64,000 bases of DNA, taken from NCBI GenBank assembly GCA_965261685.1, contig CBDHDI010000012.1:2426-66425 (forward strand). Reading direction: 5' to 3'. A model generated the notes under the pieces. The model did not search any database. It was not told where the DNA came from and saw only the letters and a list, made by a program, of their open reading frames with translations. Position 1 is the first letter of the stretch. The number at the start of each line of letters is the position of its first letter. The stretch is from Dehalococcoidia bacterium (GTDB lineage Bacteria > Chloroflexota > Dehalococcoidia > UBA2979). Below are positions 53,089 through 63,179 of the stretch, one piece after another. A program made the position numbers and the translations under genes.

Positions 53089-53354
53089 GCTGCCGGTGGA
53101 CGTTCAGGCACAGCTGCGGGCCCTCGAGGCGCTCCCGGACGACCAGATCGACACGACCGGCATCCCGGAGATACTCGACTGGTCCGACGCCAGGCGTGGC
53201 GTCTTCTACCGGCCCGTCAAGAAGCAGATCACGTTGAGGCTCGACGCGGTTCAAGGCCCGTGCTCGTAACGGTCGCGGCTACCAGACGGACATCAACCGG
53301 ACGCTCCGCGAGTACGTCCGCGGGGTAGACCGTTCTTCCCGGGGCGGGGACTGA
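53054..53354 (+). pseudogene. brnA: BrnA-family antitoxin, frameshifted
   Basis: ...IPEILDWSDARRGVFYRPVKKQITLRLDA is followed by out-of-frame sequence. The conserved tail FKARARNGRGYQTDINRTLREYV continues in another frame from 53250 to the stop at 53352-53354. Confidence 0.65.
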
Positions 53355-53570
53355 GTCCGCCCGGTACTGCGCTTCCCGCAGCAGCCGAACACCAACCGCT
53401 TGCTCTGCGGCAGACGCCGGACCGCGCGTCATCGCCCGGCCAGCCAACTCAACGGACGCTGCGGGCACCCCCAGCGTGATGCACGCAGTCCACACTCTGT
53501 ACGATCCTGATGATGCGATCCGCCCCCTTGCCCGCGGTGCGATACTTCGGCCAAGGCGAGGGGGTGCGGC

Positions 53571-54533
53571 ATGGTCTCAGCAGGCGCGGTCGAACTTGGG
53601 AGCGGGGCGTTCCGGTACGAGGCGCTCGCCACGTGGGAGCAGCTGCCCGACGGCATGGCCCTCCACGAGTGCGCCGGCGTCGCCGTCGACGCCGAGGATC
53701 TGGTCTACCTGCTCACGAGGAATGTCGATAACCCGGTCATCGTGCTCGAGCCGGACGGTGGTGTCCTGCGCAGCTTCGGGGAGGGCGTGTTCACGAACCG
53801 CACGCACGCGATCAGCGTCGGGCCGGACGGGTTCCTCTACTGCGCCGACGACGGCTCGCACACGATCACGAAGTGGACCCGCGAGGGCGAACTCGTGCTC
53901 ACCATCGGCGAGCCGGGTGTGTCCTCGGAGCGGCATAGCGGCGAACCGTTCAACCGCCCGACGGACGCCGCCGTCTCCTCGAACGACGGCTCGATCTTTA
54001 TCAGCGACGGCTACGGCAACGCGCGCATCCACCGCTACTCGGCGGAGGGCGAACTGGAGCTGTCCTGGGGCGGGCCCGGCATCGACGTGGGGCAGTTCAT
54101 GGTGCCGCACAACCTCGCGATCGACGAAGAGGATCGGATCTACGTCGCGGACCGCGAGAGCCATCGGGTGCAGATCTTCGACCGCGATGGCGGGCCGCTC
54201 GCGATGTGGAACAACATCCACCGCCCCTGCGGCATGACGATGGGCGGGGACGGCCTCCTCTACGTCGGCGAGTTGAACGGGGTCGCGCTCATGGAGGGCG
54301 CCCTCGGCATCGGACACCGCGTGAGCATCTACAGCCGCGAGGGCGAGTTGCTGGCGCGGCTCGGCGATCCCGAGGAGGGCGAGGAGGCGGGACGCTTCAT
54401 CGCGCCGCACGGGATGGCGGTGGACTCGCGCGGCGACATCTACGTCGCCGAGGTCGCGCACACGATCCGCGGCCGCCACCTCGACCCGCCTCGCGAGCTG
54501 CGCAGCATCAAGAAGCTGCGGCGGCTGGGGTAG
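53571..54533 (+). CDS. NHL-repeat beta-propeller protein (peptidylglycine-amidating-lyase-like)
   Basis: 320 aa with repeated ...DG.LYVAD.. blocks: FLYCADDGSH, IFISDGYGNARIHRY, IYVADRESHRVQIFD, IYVAEVAH. Confidence 0.75.
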   Translation: MVSAGAVELGSGAFRYEALATWEQLPDGMALHECAGVAVDAEDLVYLLTRNVDNPVIVLEPDGGVLRSFGEGVFTNRTHAISVGPDGFLYCADDGSHTITKWTREGELVLTIGEPGVSSERHSGEPFNRPTDAAVSSNDGSIFISDGYGNARIHRYSAEGELELSWGGPGIDVGQFMVPHNLAIDEEDRIYVADRESHRVQIFDRDGGPLAMWNNIHRPCGMTMGGDGLLYVGELNGVALMEGALGIGHRVSIYSREGELLARLGDPEEGEEAGRFIAPHGMAVDSRGDIYVAEVAHTIRGRHLDPPRELRSIKKLRRLG

Positions 54534-55248
54534 CGGGCCCTTCGCTGTCTCTCGGGCGTGACTCGATCACATCGATCAGGATCCGGCAGTGATCGCTCGG
54601 CCCCCAGTCGCCGGGGGCGTTAATCGCATCGACGCTCACGCGATGGGCGATGGAGCGGGAGACGAACACGTAGTCGAGCTGCAAGCGCGCGTCGGCTGGA
54701 CTCTGCCCATGGAGCGGGCTGTAGAAGGTGGGGGCGTGCGGTCCGACCAGGGGCAGTCCGATCCGCAGCATGTCGGCGAACACCGTCGATTCACCGTCCG
54801 GCCACGTTGTCAGATCGCCGCCTACGATGTAGGGGAGATCTGCGCCGCAATACTCGCGAACTTCGCTAATCATCCTCGGTACCCGCACGGCCGCCTCGCT
54901 TCCCGTCTCGACTGACACGAGGCCCAGCCGTTCGCCATCCGGCAGCGTGCAGATTGCGACGCCCAGTCGGGCCGGGGTGTCGATCGCCGAACGCGGCGTC
55001 GCCGCGGCGATGATGTCTGCGACCGGCACACGTTCGATGCCGATCTCGTCGGAGAGACGAACGACCGCCCGGGCTCCCTTCCAGCCCCTGTGGGTCCAGG
55101 GACCGGGACCTACATCCAGCGCGGTGGCGACTTCGGGCGGGGGCGTGCAGGCTTCCTGCAGGAGTGCGACATCGGCGTAAGCGTGGCGCTCGCGCAGGAA
55201 GCGCCAACTCGCCCGCTTGTGCTGCATGTTCCAGCAGACGATGCGCAT
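54508..55248 (-). CDS. Endonuclease/exonuclease/phosphatase (EEP) family protein
   Basis: MRIVCWNMQH...ALLQEA...VGGDLTTW...LDYVFVS...WGPSDHCRILIDV. Confidence 0.75.
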   Translation of the reverse strand: MRIVCWNMQHKRASWRFLRERHAYADVALLQEACTPPPEVATALDVGPGPWTHRGWKGARAVVRLSDEIGIERVPVADIIAAATPRSAIDTPARLGVAICTLPDGERLGLVSVETGSEAAVRVPRMISEVREYCGADLPYIVGGDLTTWPDGESTVFADMLRIGLPLVGPHAPTFYSPLHGQSPADARLQLDYVFVSRSIAHRVSVDAINAPGDWGPSDHCRILIDVIESRPRDSEGPATPAAAAS

Positions 55249-55404
55249 CAGAGTCCCTCACGTCGGCGCGGATCAACTCGACCGGGTTGCTGAGAGTACG
55301 GCGTCGCCGAAGATCTCACCGTCGCCCCGATCGAGGTGCAAGGGTGCGCCCGGTAGAGGCCCGCGCGCACCTCCGGCATGCAGGTTGCCGTTCGGCGCGG
55401 AGTC

Positions 55405-55443
55405 CCTTACCGTGAAGTAAGGACACGTAATCCTTACGTAAGG
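55405..55443 (+). promoter_or_regulatory. Two CCTTAC/GTAAGG inverted repeats: candidate operator of the AbrB-type antitoxin
   Basis: ccttac-cgtgaa-gtaagg at 55405-55422 and the perfect palindrome ccttacgtaagg at 55432-55443, ending 6 nt before the ATG. Confidence 0.55.
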
Positions 55444-55448
55444 CAGCC

Positions 55449-55676
55449 ATGACAACGGCCAAAGTAACGAGCAAGGGTCAAATCACGATCCCGAAGCCGG
55501 TGCGGGATCGGCTCGGGCTGCGCTCGGGCGATAAGGTGGACTTCATCGAAGAAGGAGGCGTCTGGCGCATCCGAAAGGAAGAGGCCGAGTCTCCGTTCGA
55601 GAAGTACCGCGGCTACCTGCGACACCTTGAAGGCCGCGACCCCGACGAGCTCGTCGAGGAGATGCGCGGGCCGTGA
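55449..55676 (+). CDS. vapB: AbrB/SpoVT-fold antitoxin (VapB-type)
   Basis: MTTAKVTSKGQITIPKPVRDRLGLRSGDKVDFIEEGG. Confidence 0.9.
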   Translation: MTTAKVTSKGQITIPKPVRDRLGLRSGDKVDFIEEGGVWRIRKEEAESPFEKYRGYLRHLEGRDPDELVEEMRGP

Positions 55677-56140
55677 TCTCGGCCCTCGACACGAACGTCC
55701 TGCTCGATCTCCTCATCCCCGGCGCGTCGCACGCCGAAGAGTCCGCGCAGCGGTTGGCCACGGCCGCGAGGTCCGGCGCCGTCGTGATCTCCGAAGCGGT
55801 CTATGCCGAACTGGCGGGGCGCTTTGAGGCCTCCGCCGACATTGAGCGCTTCGTCGACGATGCGGGCATCCGCCTGGCGCCATCGAGTCCGGCGACGTTG
55901 CAGCGCGCCGGCAGCGCCTGGCGCAGCTACGCGCGGCGGCGCCAGCGTTCGCTGACCTGCCCGAGCTGCGGTGCGGCTCATCCGGATCGCTGCGGGGCAT
56001 GCGGTGCGGGCATTCAGGTGCGGCAGCACATCGTGGCCGACTTCATGATCGGTGCGCACGCTGCACTGCAGGCCGACCGGCTGATCACTCGCGATCGGGG
56101 GTACTACGGACGGTACTTCCCCGATCTCGAACTCGGCTGA
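55673..56140 (+). CDS. vapC: PIN-domain toxin VapC with inserted CxxC...CxxC zinc-ribbon-like segment
   Basis: The GTG start overlaps the antitoxin stop. MISALDTNVLLDLL...SEAVYAEL...LTCPSCGAAHPDRCGACGAGIQVRQHIVADFMIGAHA...LITRDRG. Confidence 0.85.
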   Translation: MISALDTNVLLDLLIPGASHAEESAQRLATAARSGAVVISEAVYAELAGRFEASADIERFVDDAGIRLAPSSPATLQRAGSAWRSYARRRQRSLTCPSCGAAHPDRCGACGAGIQVRQHIVADFMIGAHAALQADRLITRDRGYYGRYFPDLELG

Positions 56141-56149
56141 TTCGCGCGG

Positions 56150-57133
56150 CTATGCGAGTTCGTAGAGCGGCGGCTTCGACCACTGCTCACTCGGCGGATT
56201 CTCCTGACGGCGGATTTCATCACGACGCCGAGCCGTCTCGAGGCGTTTGGCCTCGCGGAGGATGCGGTCACGCTCGCGCTCGTGTTCATGCTCGTGCTCG
56301 ATCGCCCGCTTGCTGCGGGCGCGCTTCGGTGTGCCCTCGTACTCGGTGATGCGGCCCTCGTCGCGGAGCTGATCGAGGTGGCTGCGCACGTTGCCGTCGG
56401 CGGCGCGGCGGAGGCGAGTGTCGATCTCGTCGCCGTAGACGCGCAGCATGATGTCCCAGCTGCTGAGCTGTCCCTCGCCCTGCAACACCTCGATGATCTG
56501 CCGCTCGCGCAGGTTTCGGTGATCGACGTACATCTGGAGACGCTCGCGCGGGTCGTTCACGATCTTGCCGTGGCCGGGGCAGATCACCTGCAGGTTCGGC
56601 AGCTCCAGCAGCCGCGCGAGGCTGCGCCGGTACGCCCCGAGGTCCCCGACCGTCGTCGTCGAGGAGCCGAGCAGCGTGTCGCCGGTGAACAGCACGCCCT
56701 CGTCCTCCAGGTAGTAGCAGAGCGAATCGACGCTGTGGCCCGGCGTCGTGAGCACCTGCAAGCGGACGCCGCCGCCCATGTCCAGGATGTCGCCGTCGGC
56801 CAGCTGATTGACCTGGCGGGGGATGCGGCCCTTGAGCAGACGCCGCCCCCCCTTGGGGATCGAGATCTCGGCGTCCAGGAACTCCTTCGCCCACTTGAGG
56901 TTGCCGGAGTGATCGGCGTGATGGTGGGTGATGGTGGCGACGCCGATCTCGGCGTGCTCGGTCGCCGCCAGGTAGCCCCGCAGGAACCACTGGTAGCGCT
57001 CGATCGCCTCGCCCGAATCGATCGTCAGCGACTGGCCGCCCGGCGAACCGACGAGGTAGATCGAGGTGAAGTCCGGGTGCATCACATTCTCGTCCGGCAC
57101 CATTGCGGCGCGCACGGATGGGCTGATCTGCAT
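56150..57133 (-). CDS. MBL-fold metallo-hydrolase with charged C-terminal extension
   Basis: ITHHHADHSGN...TTPGHSVDS...CPGHG. The C-terminal tail is rich in E/R/H. Confidence 0.85.
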   Translation of the reverse strand: MQISPSVRAAMVPDENVMHPDFTSIYLVGSPGGQSLTIDSGEAIERYQWFLRGYLAATEHAEIGVATITHHHADHSGNLKWAKEFLDAEISIPKGGRRLLKGRIPRQVNQLADGDILDMGGGVRLQVLTTPGHSVDSLCYYLEDEGVLFTGDTLLGSSTTTVGDLGAYRRSLARLLELPNLQVICPGHGKIVNDPRERLQMYVDHRNLRERQIIEVLQGEGQLSSWDIMLRVYGDEIDTRLRRAADGNVRSHLDQLRDEGRITEYEGTPKRARSKRAIEHEHEHERERDRILREAKRLETARRRDEIRRQENPPSEQWSKPPLYELA

Positions 57134-57368
57134 CGGTTCCTCGCCTCACGTTCCGGGTGCCCGTCCGGGCGCCGATCGCCCGGAGCATAACGGAAAACGC
57201 GACCGCCGACGCCGCCTGCGCCTGCGCGTCGCCGCGGGCGCTGGTTGGCGGGACCGCGAGGAGGGCGGCCGTGAGGCCGCACTCCTCCTTCGCGCTGTTC
57301 CTATACTGGAACGGCTGCCTGCGCGGCCTGCGGCCTCCCGCCGCGGAGCAGGCGGATGCGAGCGGGGG

Positions 57369-58130
57369 ATGCGCATGACCCTCCCGGCAACGGCCCGGCA
57401 GACGGACGAAGAACGCCTCGAGGGCGTCGTGCGGCTGTGGCGTGCCGGCCTCGTCGAGTACGCGCGCGCGCTGGAGTGGCAGCACGCGCGCGCCGCGGCG
57501 CTCGCCGCCGGGAGCGAGGGCGAGGCGCTCGCACTGCTGGAGCATCCCCCCGTCTACACCCTCGGCGCGCGCGGCGACGACAGCCATCTGCTCGCGACGC
57601 CGCAGGTGCTGGCCGCGTTCGGAGCCGAGGTCGTGCGCACGGACCGAGGCGGCAACGTCACCTTCCACGGCCCCGGGCAGCTCGTCGCCTATCCGATCCT
57701 CGACCTGCGCGGCCGCGGCGTCGGGGCCGCCAGCTACGTCCGCTCGCTCGAGGCGATCATGATCGAGGCGGTCGCGCGCTTTGGCGTGAGGGGGGAGTGC
57801 GTGCGAGGGCGGCCCGGCGTCTGGGTCGACGGCGCGAAGCTCGCCGCCGTCGGCGTGCGCGTCAGCCGCGGCATCAGCCGCCACGGTCTCGCGCTCAACG
57901 TCTCGACCGACCTCGAGTGGTTCGCGCGGATCGTGCCCTGCGGTATCCCGGACATCGAGGCGACCTCGCTGGAGCGGCTGCTCGGCGCGGCGCCCGCGAT
58001 GCGCGAGGTCGAGGACGCGCTCGCCGAGGCCTTCGAGCGCGAGTTCGGCTGCCGGCTCGTCGCCGGCTCGTGGGACGACAGCGTGGCCGCGCCGGCCGGA
58101 CGGGCCGCGCCGGCCGGGGCTGCGTCGTGA
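57369..58130 (+). CDS. lipB: Octanoyltransferase (lipoyl(octanoyl) transferase)
   Basis: LEHPPVYTLGARGD...VVRTDRGGNVTFHGPGQLVAYPILDL...GVWVDGAKLAAVGVRVSRGISRHGLALNV. Confidence 0.9.
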   Translation: MRMTLPATARQTDEERLEGVVRLWRAGLVEYARALEWQHARAAALAAGSEGEALALLEHPPVYTLGARGDDSHLLATPQVLAAFGAEVVRTDRGGNVTFHGPGQLVAYPILDLRGRGVGAASYVRSLEAIMIEAVARFGVRGECVRGRPGVWVDGAKLAAVGVRVSRGISRHGLALNVSTDLEWFARIVPCGIPDIEATSLERLLGAAPAMREVEDALAEAFEREFGCRLVAGSWDDSVAAPAGRAAPAGAAS

Positions 58131-59059
58131 GCGCCCGCGGCGCCTCGGGCGGCGTCGTGGCGCCGCTCATGGAGCGGCCATTCCCGCGCAAGCCGTCCTG
58201 GCTGAAGGCGCGCTTCCCGGCGGGCGAGCGCTTCTCCGGCATCAAGTCGCTGCTGCGCGAGCACGATCTGCACACCGTCTGCGAGGAGGCGCGCTGCCCG
58301 AACATCGGCGAGTGCTTCAACGCCGGCACGGCCACGTTCATGATCCTCGGCGACATCTGCACGCGCGCCTGCGGCTTCTGCGACGTGACCTCCGGCCGGC
58401 CCGAGGGCCTCGATCTGCTGGAGCCGTTCCGGCTGGCGCAGGCCGTCGAGCGGCTGGGCCTCGACTACGTCGTGATCACCTCGGTCAACCGCGACGATCT
58501 GGAGGACGGCGGCGCGGAAGTCTTCGCGGCCTGCATCCGCGCGATCCGGCGGCGCCTGCCGGAGACGCAGGTGGAGGTGCTGATCCCGGACTTCGAGGGC
58601 AACTGGGACGCCCTCGCAACCGTGATCGAGGCGCGGCCGGTGGTGCTCAACCACAACACGGAGACGGTGCCGCGGCTCTACCGGCGGGTGCGCCCGAAGG
58701 CGCGCTACCAGCGCTCGCTCGAGCTGATCCGCCGCGTCAAGGAGCTCGACCCGGAGATGACGACCAAGTCCGGCATCATGCTCGGCCTCGGCGAGACGAT
58801 GGACGAGGTGCGCCAGGTGCTCGACGACCTGCGCGAGCACGACTGCGAGCTGCTGACCGTGGGGCAGTACCTGCGGCCCTCGCTGAAGCACCTGCCGATC
58901 GAGCGCTTCTGGCACCCGGACGAGTTCGCCGAGATCGCCGACTACGCGCACGCGATCGGCTTCCGCCACGCCGAGTGCGGGCCGCTGGTGCGCAGCTCCT
59001 ACCACGCCGCCGACCAGGCCAGCGCGGCCGCGCCGGCCGGGCAGGGAGGGACGCCATGA
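58127..59059 (+). CDS. lipA: Lipoyl synthase (radical SAM)
   Basis: GTG 58127 overlaps the lipB stop; ATG 58169 is an alternative start. CEEARCPNIGECFNAGTATFMILGDICTRACGFCDV... Confidence 0.9.
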   Translation: MSARGASGGVVAPLMERPFPRKPSWLKARFPAGERFSGIKSLLREHDLHTVCEEARCPNIGECFNAGTATFMILGDICTRACGFCDVTSGRPEGLDLLEPFRLAQAVERLGLDYVVITSVNRDDLEDGGAEVFAACIRAIRRRLPETQVEVLIPDFEGNWDALATVIEARPVVLNHNTETVPRLYRRVRPKARYQRSLELIRRVKELDPEMTTKSGIMLGLGETMDEVRQVLDDLREHDCELLTVGQYLRPSLKHLPIERFWHPDEFAEIADYAHAIGFRHAECGPLVRSSYHAADQASAAAPAGQGGTP

Positions 59060-61797
59060 CCATCGACGCCATCGAAGCCGCCCAGACCGACGGCCAGCTG
59101 GCAGCGGGCGACAACGGCGCCGACCTCGAGGCCGCGCGCGCGGCGCTCAGCGCCGAACTCGACGCGATCGAGAGCGAGGAGTGGCGGCGGTCGCTGCACG
59201 AGGTCTTCTTCCGGCGCGGGCCGGAGCGCGTCGCCGAGCTGCTGCAGGATCTGCAGCTGGAGGCGCAGAAGGCGATGGCGCCGCTGCCGGTGACCTCGCG
59301 CACGCCCTACGTGAACACGATCCCGCCCGGCCGCGAGCCGCCCTACCCGGGCAACCGCGTGATCGAGCAGCGCATCAAGAGCTTCGTGCGCTGGAATGCG
59401 ATGGCGATGGTGGTCGAGGCCAACAACCGCGCCGAGGGCATCGGCGGCCACATCTCCACCTACGCCTCGGCGGCCACGCTCTACGAGGTCGGCTTCCATC
59501 ACTTCTTCCGCGGCGCGGACGACCCGAGCGGCGGCGATCTGGTCTACATCCAGGGCCACGCCTCGCCGGGCATCTACGCCCGCGCCTACCTCGAGGGGCG
59601 GCTCAGCGACGAGCAGCTGCTCAATTTCCGCCGCGAGTTCCACGAAAGCGGCGGGCTGCCCTCGTACCCCCACCCCTGGCTGATGGAGGACTTCTGGAAG
59701 TTCCCGACCGTCTCGATGGGTCTCGCGCCGCTGATGGGGATCTACCAGGCGCGCTTCATGCGCTATCTGGTCGATCGCGGGCTCAAGGAGCCGTCGGATG
59801 CGAAGGTCTGGGTCTTCCTCGGCGACGGCGAGACCGACGAGCCCGAGGCGCTGGGTGCGATCTCGCTGGCCGCTCGCGAGCGGCTCGACAACCTGATCTT
59901 CGTGATCAACTGCAACCTGCAGCGCCTCGACGGCCCCGTCCGCGGCAACGGCCAGATCATCCCCGAGCTCGAAGCGGTCTTCCGCGGCGCGGGCTGGAAC
60001 GTGATCAAGGTGCTGTGGGGCGCCGAGTGGGATGCGCTGCTGGCGCAGGACCACGACGGCCTGCTGGCGAAGCGCATGGGCGAGGTCGTCGACGGCGAGT
60101 ACCAGAAGTACACGGTCGCCGGCGGCGCCTACGTCCGCGAGCACTTCTACGGCGTGGACCCGCGCCTGCTGCGCATGGTCGAGCACATGAGCGACGACGA
60201 GCTGTGGTCGATGCGCCTCGGCGGCCACGACCCGGCCAAGGTCCACGCCGCCTACCACGCCGCCGTGCGCCAGCGCGGCGCCCCGACCGTCGTGCTCGCG
60301 CGCACGATCAAGGGCTACGGTCTCGGCGAGGCGGGCGAGGGCAAGAACATCACCCACCAGCAGAAGCGGCTCAACGAAAGCGAGTTGATGCTCTTCCGCG
60401 ACCGCTTCGGCATTCCGCTGAGTGACGAGGAAGTCGTCAGCGCGCCGCTCTACCGCCCCGACGACGACAGCCCGGAGGCGCGCTACCTGCAGCAGCGCCG
60501 CCGTGCCCTTGGCGGCTTCCTGCCGCTGCGCCGCACTATCTCCTGCGCCGGCATGTCGCCCGCCGAAGCGGTCTTCGAGGAGTTCCTCGGGGGCTCCGAG
60601 GGGCGTGACGTCTCGACGACGCTCGCCTTCGTGCGGCTGCTCTCGCGGCTGTTGCGCGACGAGACGGTGGGCGATCTGATCGTGCCGATCGTCCCCGACG
60701 AGGCGCGCACCTTCGGCATGGAGACGCTGTTCCGCCAGGCCGGCATCTACTCGCACGTGGGCCAGCTCTACGAGCCCGTCGATGCCGACAGCCTGATCTA
60801 CTACAAGGAGACGACCGACGGGCAGATCCTTGAGGAGGGCATCACCGAGGCGGGGTCGCTGGCCTCGTTCATCGCCGCCGGCACGGCGTCGGCGGTGCAC
60901 GGCGCCTGCACGCTGCCGTTCTTCATCTTCTACTCGATGTTCGGCTTCCAGCGCGTGGGCGATCTGATCTGGGCGGCGGCGGACTCGCGCACGCGCGGCT
61001 TCCTGGTGGGCGCGACGGCGGGCCGCACGACGCTGCAGGGCGAGGGCCTCCAGCACCAGGACGGGCATAGCCACGTGCTGGCCTCGGTGGTTCCCAACCT
61101 GCTCAGCTACGACCCGGCCTATGCCTACGAGGTGGCGCTGATCGTGCGCGAGGGCATCCGCCGCATGCACGAGCTGCAGGACCCCGTCTTCTACTACCTG
61201 ACCGTCACCAACGAGGCCTACCCGCAGCCGGCGCTGCCGCCGGACGCCACCGAGGGCGTGATCCGCGGCATCTACCGGCTGCGCACTGCCGAGGGGCGCG
61301 GCCCGCGCGTCCAGCTCTTCGGCAGCGGCGCGATCCTTAATGAGGTCGTCGCCGCGCAGGAGTTGCTCGACGAGTGCTACGGCGTGGCCGCCGATGTCTG
61401 GTCCGTGACCAGCTACAGCGAGCTGCGCCGCGACGCGATGGACGCCGATCGCTGGAACATGCTGCACCCCGCCGAGCCGCCGCGCCGCTCCTACCTTTCC
61501 GAGGTGACCGCCGACGCGGCCGGCCCGTTCGTCGCGGCGACGGACTACCTCAAGTCGCTGCCGGACGCCGTTGCCAAGTGGCTGCCGGGACGCCTCGTCT
61601 CGCTCGGCACGGACGGCTTCGGGCGCAGCGAGACGCGCGAGGCGCTGCGCGACTTCTTCGAGGTGGACGCGAAGCACATCGCGCTCGCCGCGCTGCACGC
61701 GCTCGCCCTCGACGGCGAGATTCCCGCGGGCGTGCCGAAGCAGGCGATCGAGGAACTCGGCATCAATCCGGAGAAGGTCAACCCGCGGCTCGTCTGA
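59056..61797 (+). CDS. aceE: Pyruvate dehydrogenase E1 component, homodimeric type
   Basis: ATG 59056 overlaps the lipA stop (ATGA); 913 aa. IKSFVRWNAMAMVVEANNRAEGIGGHISTYASAATLYEVGFHHFFRG... Confidence 0.95.
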   Translation: MTIDAIEAAQTDGQLAAGDNGADLEAARAALSAELDAIESEEWRRSLHEVFFRRGPERVAELLQDLQLEAQKAMAPLPVTSRTPYVNTIPPGREPPYPGNRVIEQRIKSFVRWNAMAMVVEANNRAEGIGGHISTYASAATLYEVGFHHFFRGADDPSGGDLVYIQGHASPGIYARAYLEGRLSDEQLLNFRREFHESGGLPSYPHPWLMEDFWKFPTVSMGLAPLMGIYQARFMRYLVDRGLKEPSDAKVWVFLGDGETDEPEALGAISLAARERLDNLIFVINCNLQRLDGPVRGNGQIIPELEAVFRGAGWNVIKVLWGAEWDALLAQDHDGLLAKRMGEVVDGEYQKYTVAGGAYVREHFYGVDPRLLRMVEHMSDDELWSMRLGGHDPAKVHAAYHAAVRQRGAPTVVLARTIKGYGLGEAGEGKNITHQQKRLNESELMLFRDRFGIPLSDEEVVSAPLYRPDDDSPEARYLQQRRRALGGFLPLRRTISCAGMSPAEAVFEEFLGGSEGRDVSTTLAFVRLLSRLLRDETVGDLIVPIVPDEARTFGMETLFRQAGIYSHVGQLYEPVDADSLIYYKETTDGQILEEGITEAGSLASFIAAGTASAVHGACTLPFFIFYSMFGFQRVGDLIWAAADSRTRGFLVGATAGRTTLQGEGLQHQDGHSHVLASVVPNLLSYDPAYAYEVALIVREGIRRMHELQDPVFYYLTVTNEAYPQPALPPDATEGVIRGIYRLRTAEGRGPRVQLFGSGAILNEVVAAQELLDECYGVAADVWSVTSYSELRRDAMDADRWNMLHPAEPPRRSYLSEVTADAAGPFVAATDYLKSLPDAVAKWLPGRLVSLGTDGFGRSETREALRDFFEVDAKHIALAALHALALDGEIPAGVPKQAIEELGINPEKVNPRLV

Positions 61798-61832
61798 GCG
61801 AGCGCGCCGCCCGACGGGCTGCAGGAGGACGC

Positions 61833-63179
61833 ATGGCCACGGACTACCTGCTGCCCGACCTCGGCGAGGACATCGAAGAGGCCGAGGTGATCGCGGTGCA
61901 CGTGCGCGCGGGCGACCGCGTCGAGCCCGAGCAGGCCGTGATCGAGGTCGAGACGGAGAAGGCGAATCTCGACGTGCCCGCGCCCTACGCGGGCGCGATC
62001 ACCGCCGTCCACGTCAGCGTCGGCGACATGGTCAAGCCCGGCCAGGCGATCGTCACGATCGAGGGCGAGGACGGCGCGGAGCCGGCCGCCCCGGCCGCCG
62101 CGGCTGCGCCCGCAGCGACAGCGCCTCCGCCCGGCGCCGCACAGCCCCCGCCCTCCGCTGCAGCCCCGGCCCGCCCGCCGGCCGCCTCCGCGCGGCCGTC
62201 CGCCGTGGCGACGCCCGTGCTTCCGTCCGATGGCGGACAGGTCCCCGCCTCGCCCTCGGTGCGGATGTTCGCGCGCGAGATCGGGGTGGCGATCGGCGAG
62301 GTCCCGGGGACGGGCCCCGGCAGGCGCATCTCGATCGACGACGTGAAGGTCCACGCACGGCTGATGCGCAGCCGGGCGGCTCCTGCCGAGGAGCCACCGC
62401 GCGTACCCGCGCCGACCTCGTCGCTGCCGGACCTCTCGCAGTTCGGCGAGATCGAGCGCGAGCGGATGAGCGGGGTGCGCCGCACGACCGCGCGCACGCT
62501 CAGCCAGTCCTGGTCGCAGAGCCCGCACGTGATGCTGCAGCGCAAGGCCGACGTCACGGACCTCGAGGCCCTGCGCCGCGCGAACCGCGAGCGCGTGACG
62601 GCGGCCGGTGGCGCACTCACGATGATGCCGATCCTGATGAAGGTCGTCGCCGGGGCGCTGCGCGAGTTCCCGCGGCTCAACGCGTCCATCGACGTGGAGA
62701 GCGAGGAGATCGTGTACCGCCGTTACGTCCACGTCGGCGTCGCGACGGACACCGACCACGGGCTGATCGTTCCCGTGGTGCGCAACGCCGACCAGAAGAG
62801 CATGACCGAGCTGGCCATCGAGATAGGCAAGGTGGTCGGGCGCGCGCGCGATCGCAAGAGCACGCTCGATGACCTGCGAGGCGGCACCTTCACGATCTCG
62901 AACCTCGGGGGCATGGGGATCGGCTTCTTCAACGCGGTCCTGCTGCCCCCGCAGGTGGGCATCCTCGCCGTCGGGCGCGCCGAGCTGGAGCCGGTCTGGA
63001 TCGACGGCGAGTTCCAGCCCCGGCTGCGCATGCCGCTGGCGATCAACTTCGACCACCGGCTGATCGACGGCGCCGACGGCGCGCGCGCCCTCGCCTGGAT
63101 CGCCGAGGCGCTGGAGCAGCCGCAGCCGTACATGCTCGAGGAGTTCCCGGAGACGGCGGCGGAGGAGGAACCGGAGTGA
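61833..63179 (+). CDS. Dihydrolipoamide acyltransferase E2 (one lipoyl domain, Ala/Pro linker, catalytic domain)
   Basis: MATDYLLPDLGEDIEEAEVIAVHV...EVETEKANLDVPAP...NFDHRLIDGADGARAL. Confidence 0.95.
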   Translation: MATDYLLPDLGEDIEEAEVIAVHVRAGDRVEPEQAVIEVETEKANLDVPAPYAGAITAVHVSVGDMVKPGQAIVTIEGEDGAEPAAPAAAAAPAATAPPPGAAQPPPSAAAPARPPAASARPSAVATPVLPSDGGQVPASPSVRMFAREIGVAIGEVPGTGPGRRISIDDVKVHARLMRSRAAPAEEPPRVPAPTSSLPDLSQFGEIERERMSGVRRTTARTLSQSWSQSPHVMLQRKADVTDLEALRRANRERVTAAGGALTMMPILMKVVAGALREFPRLNASIDVESEEIVYRRYVHVGVATDTDHGLIVPVVRNADQKSMTELAIEIGKVVGRARDRKSTLDDLRGGTFTISNLGGMGIGFFNAVLLPPQVGILAVGRAELEPVWIDGEFQPRLRMPLAINFDHRLIDGADGARALAWIAEALEQPQPYMLEEFPETAAEEEPE

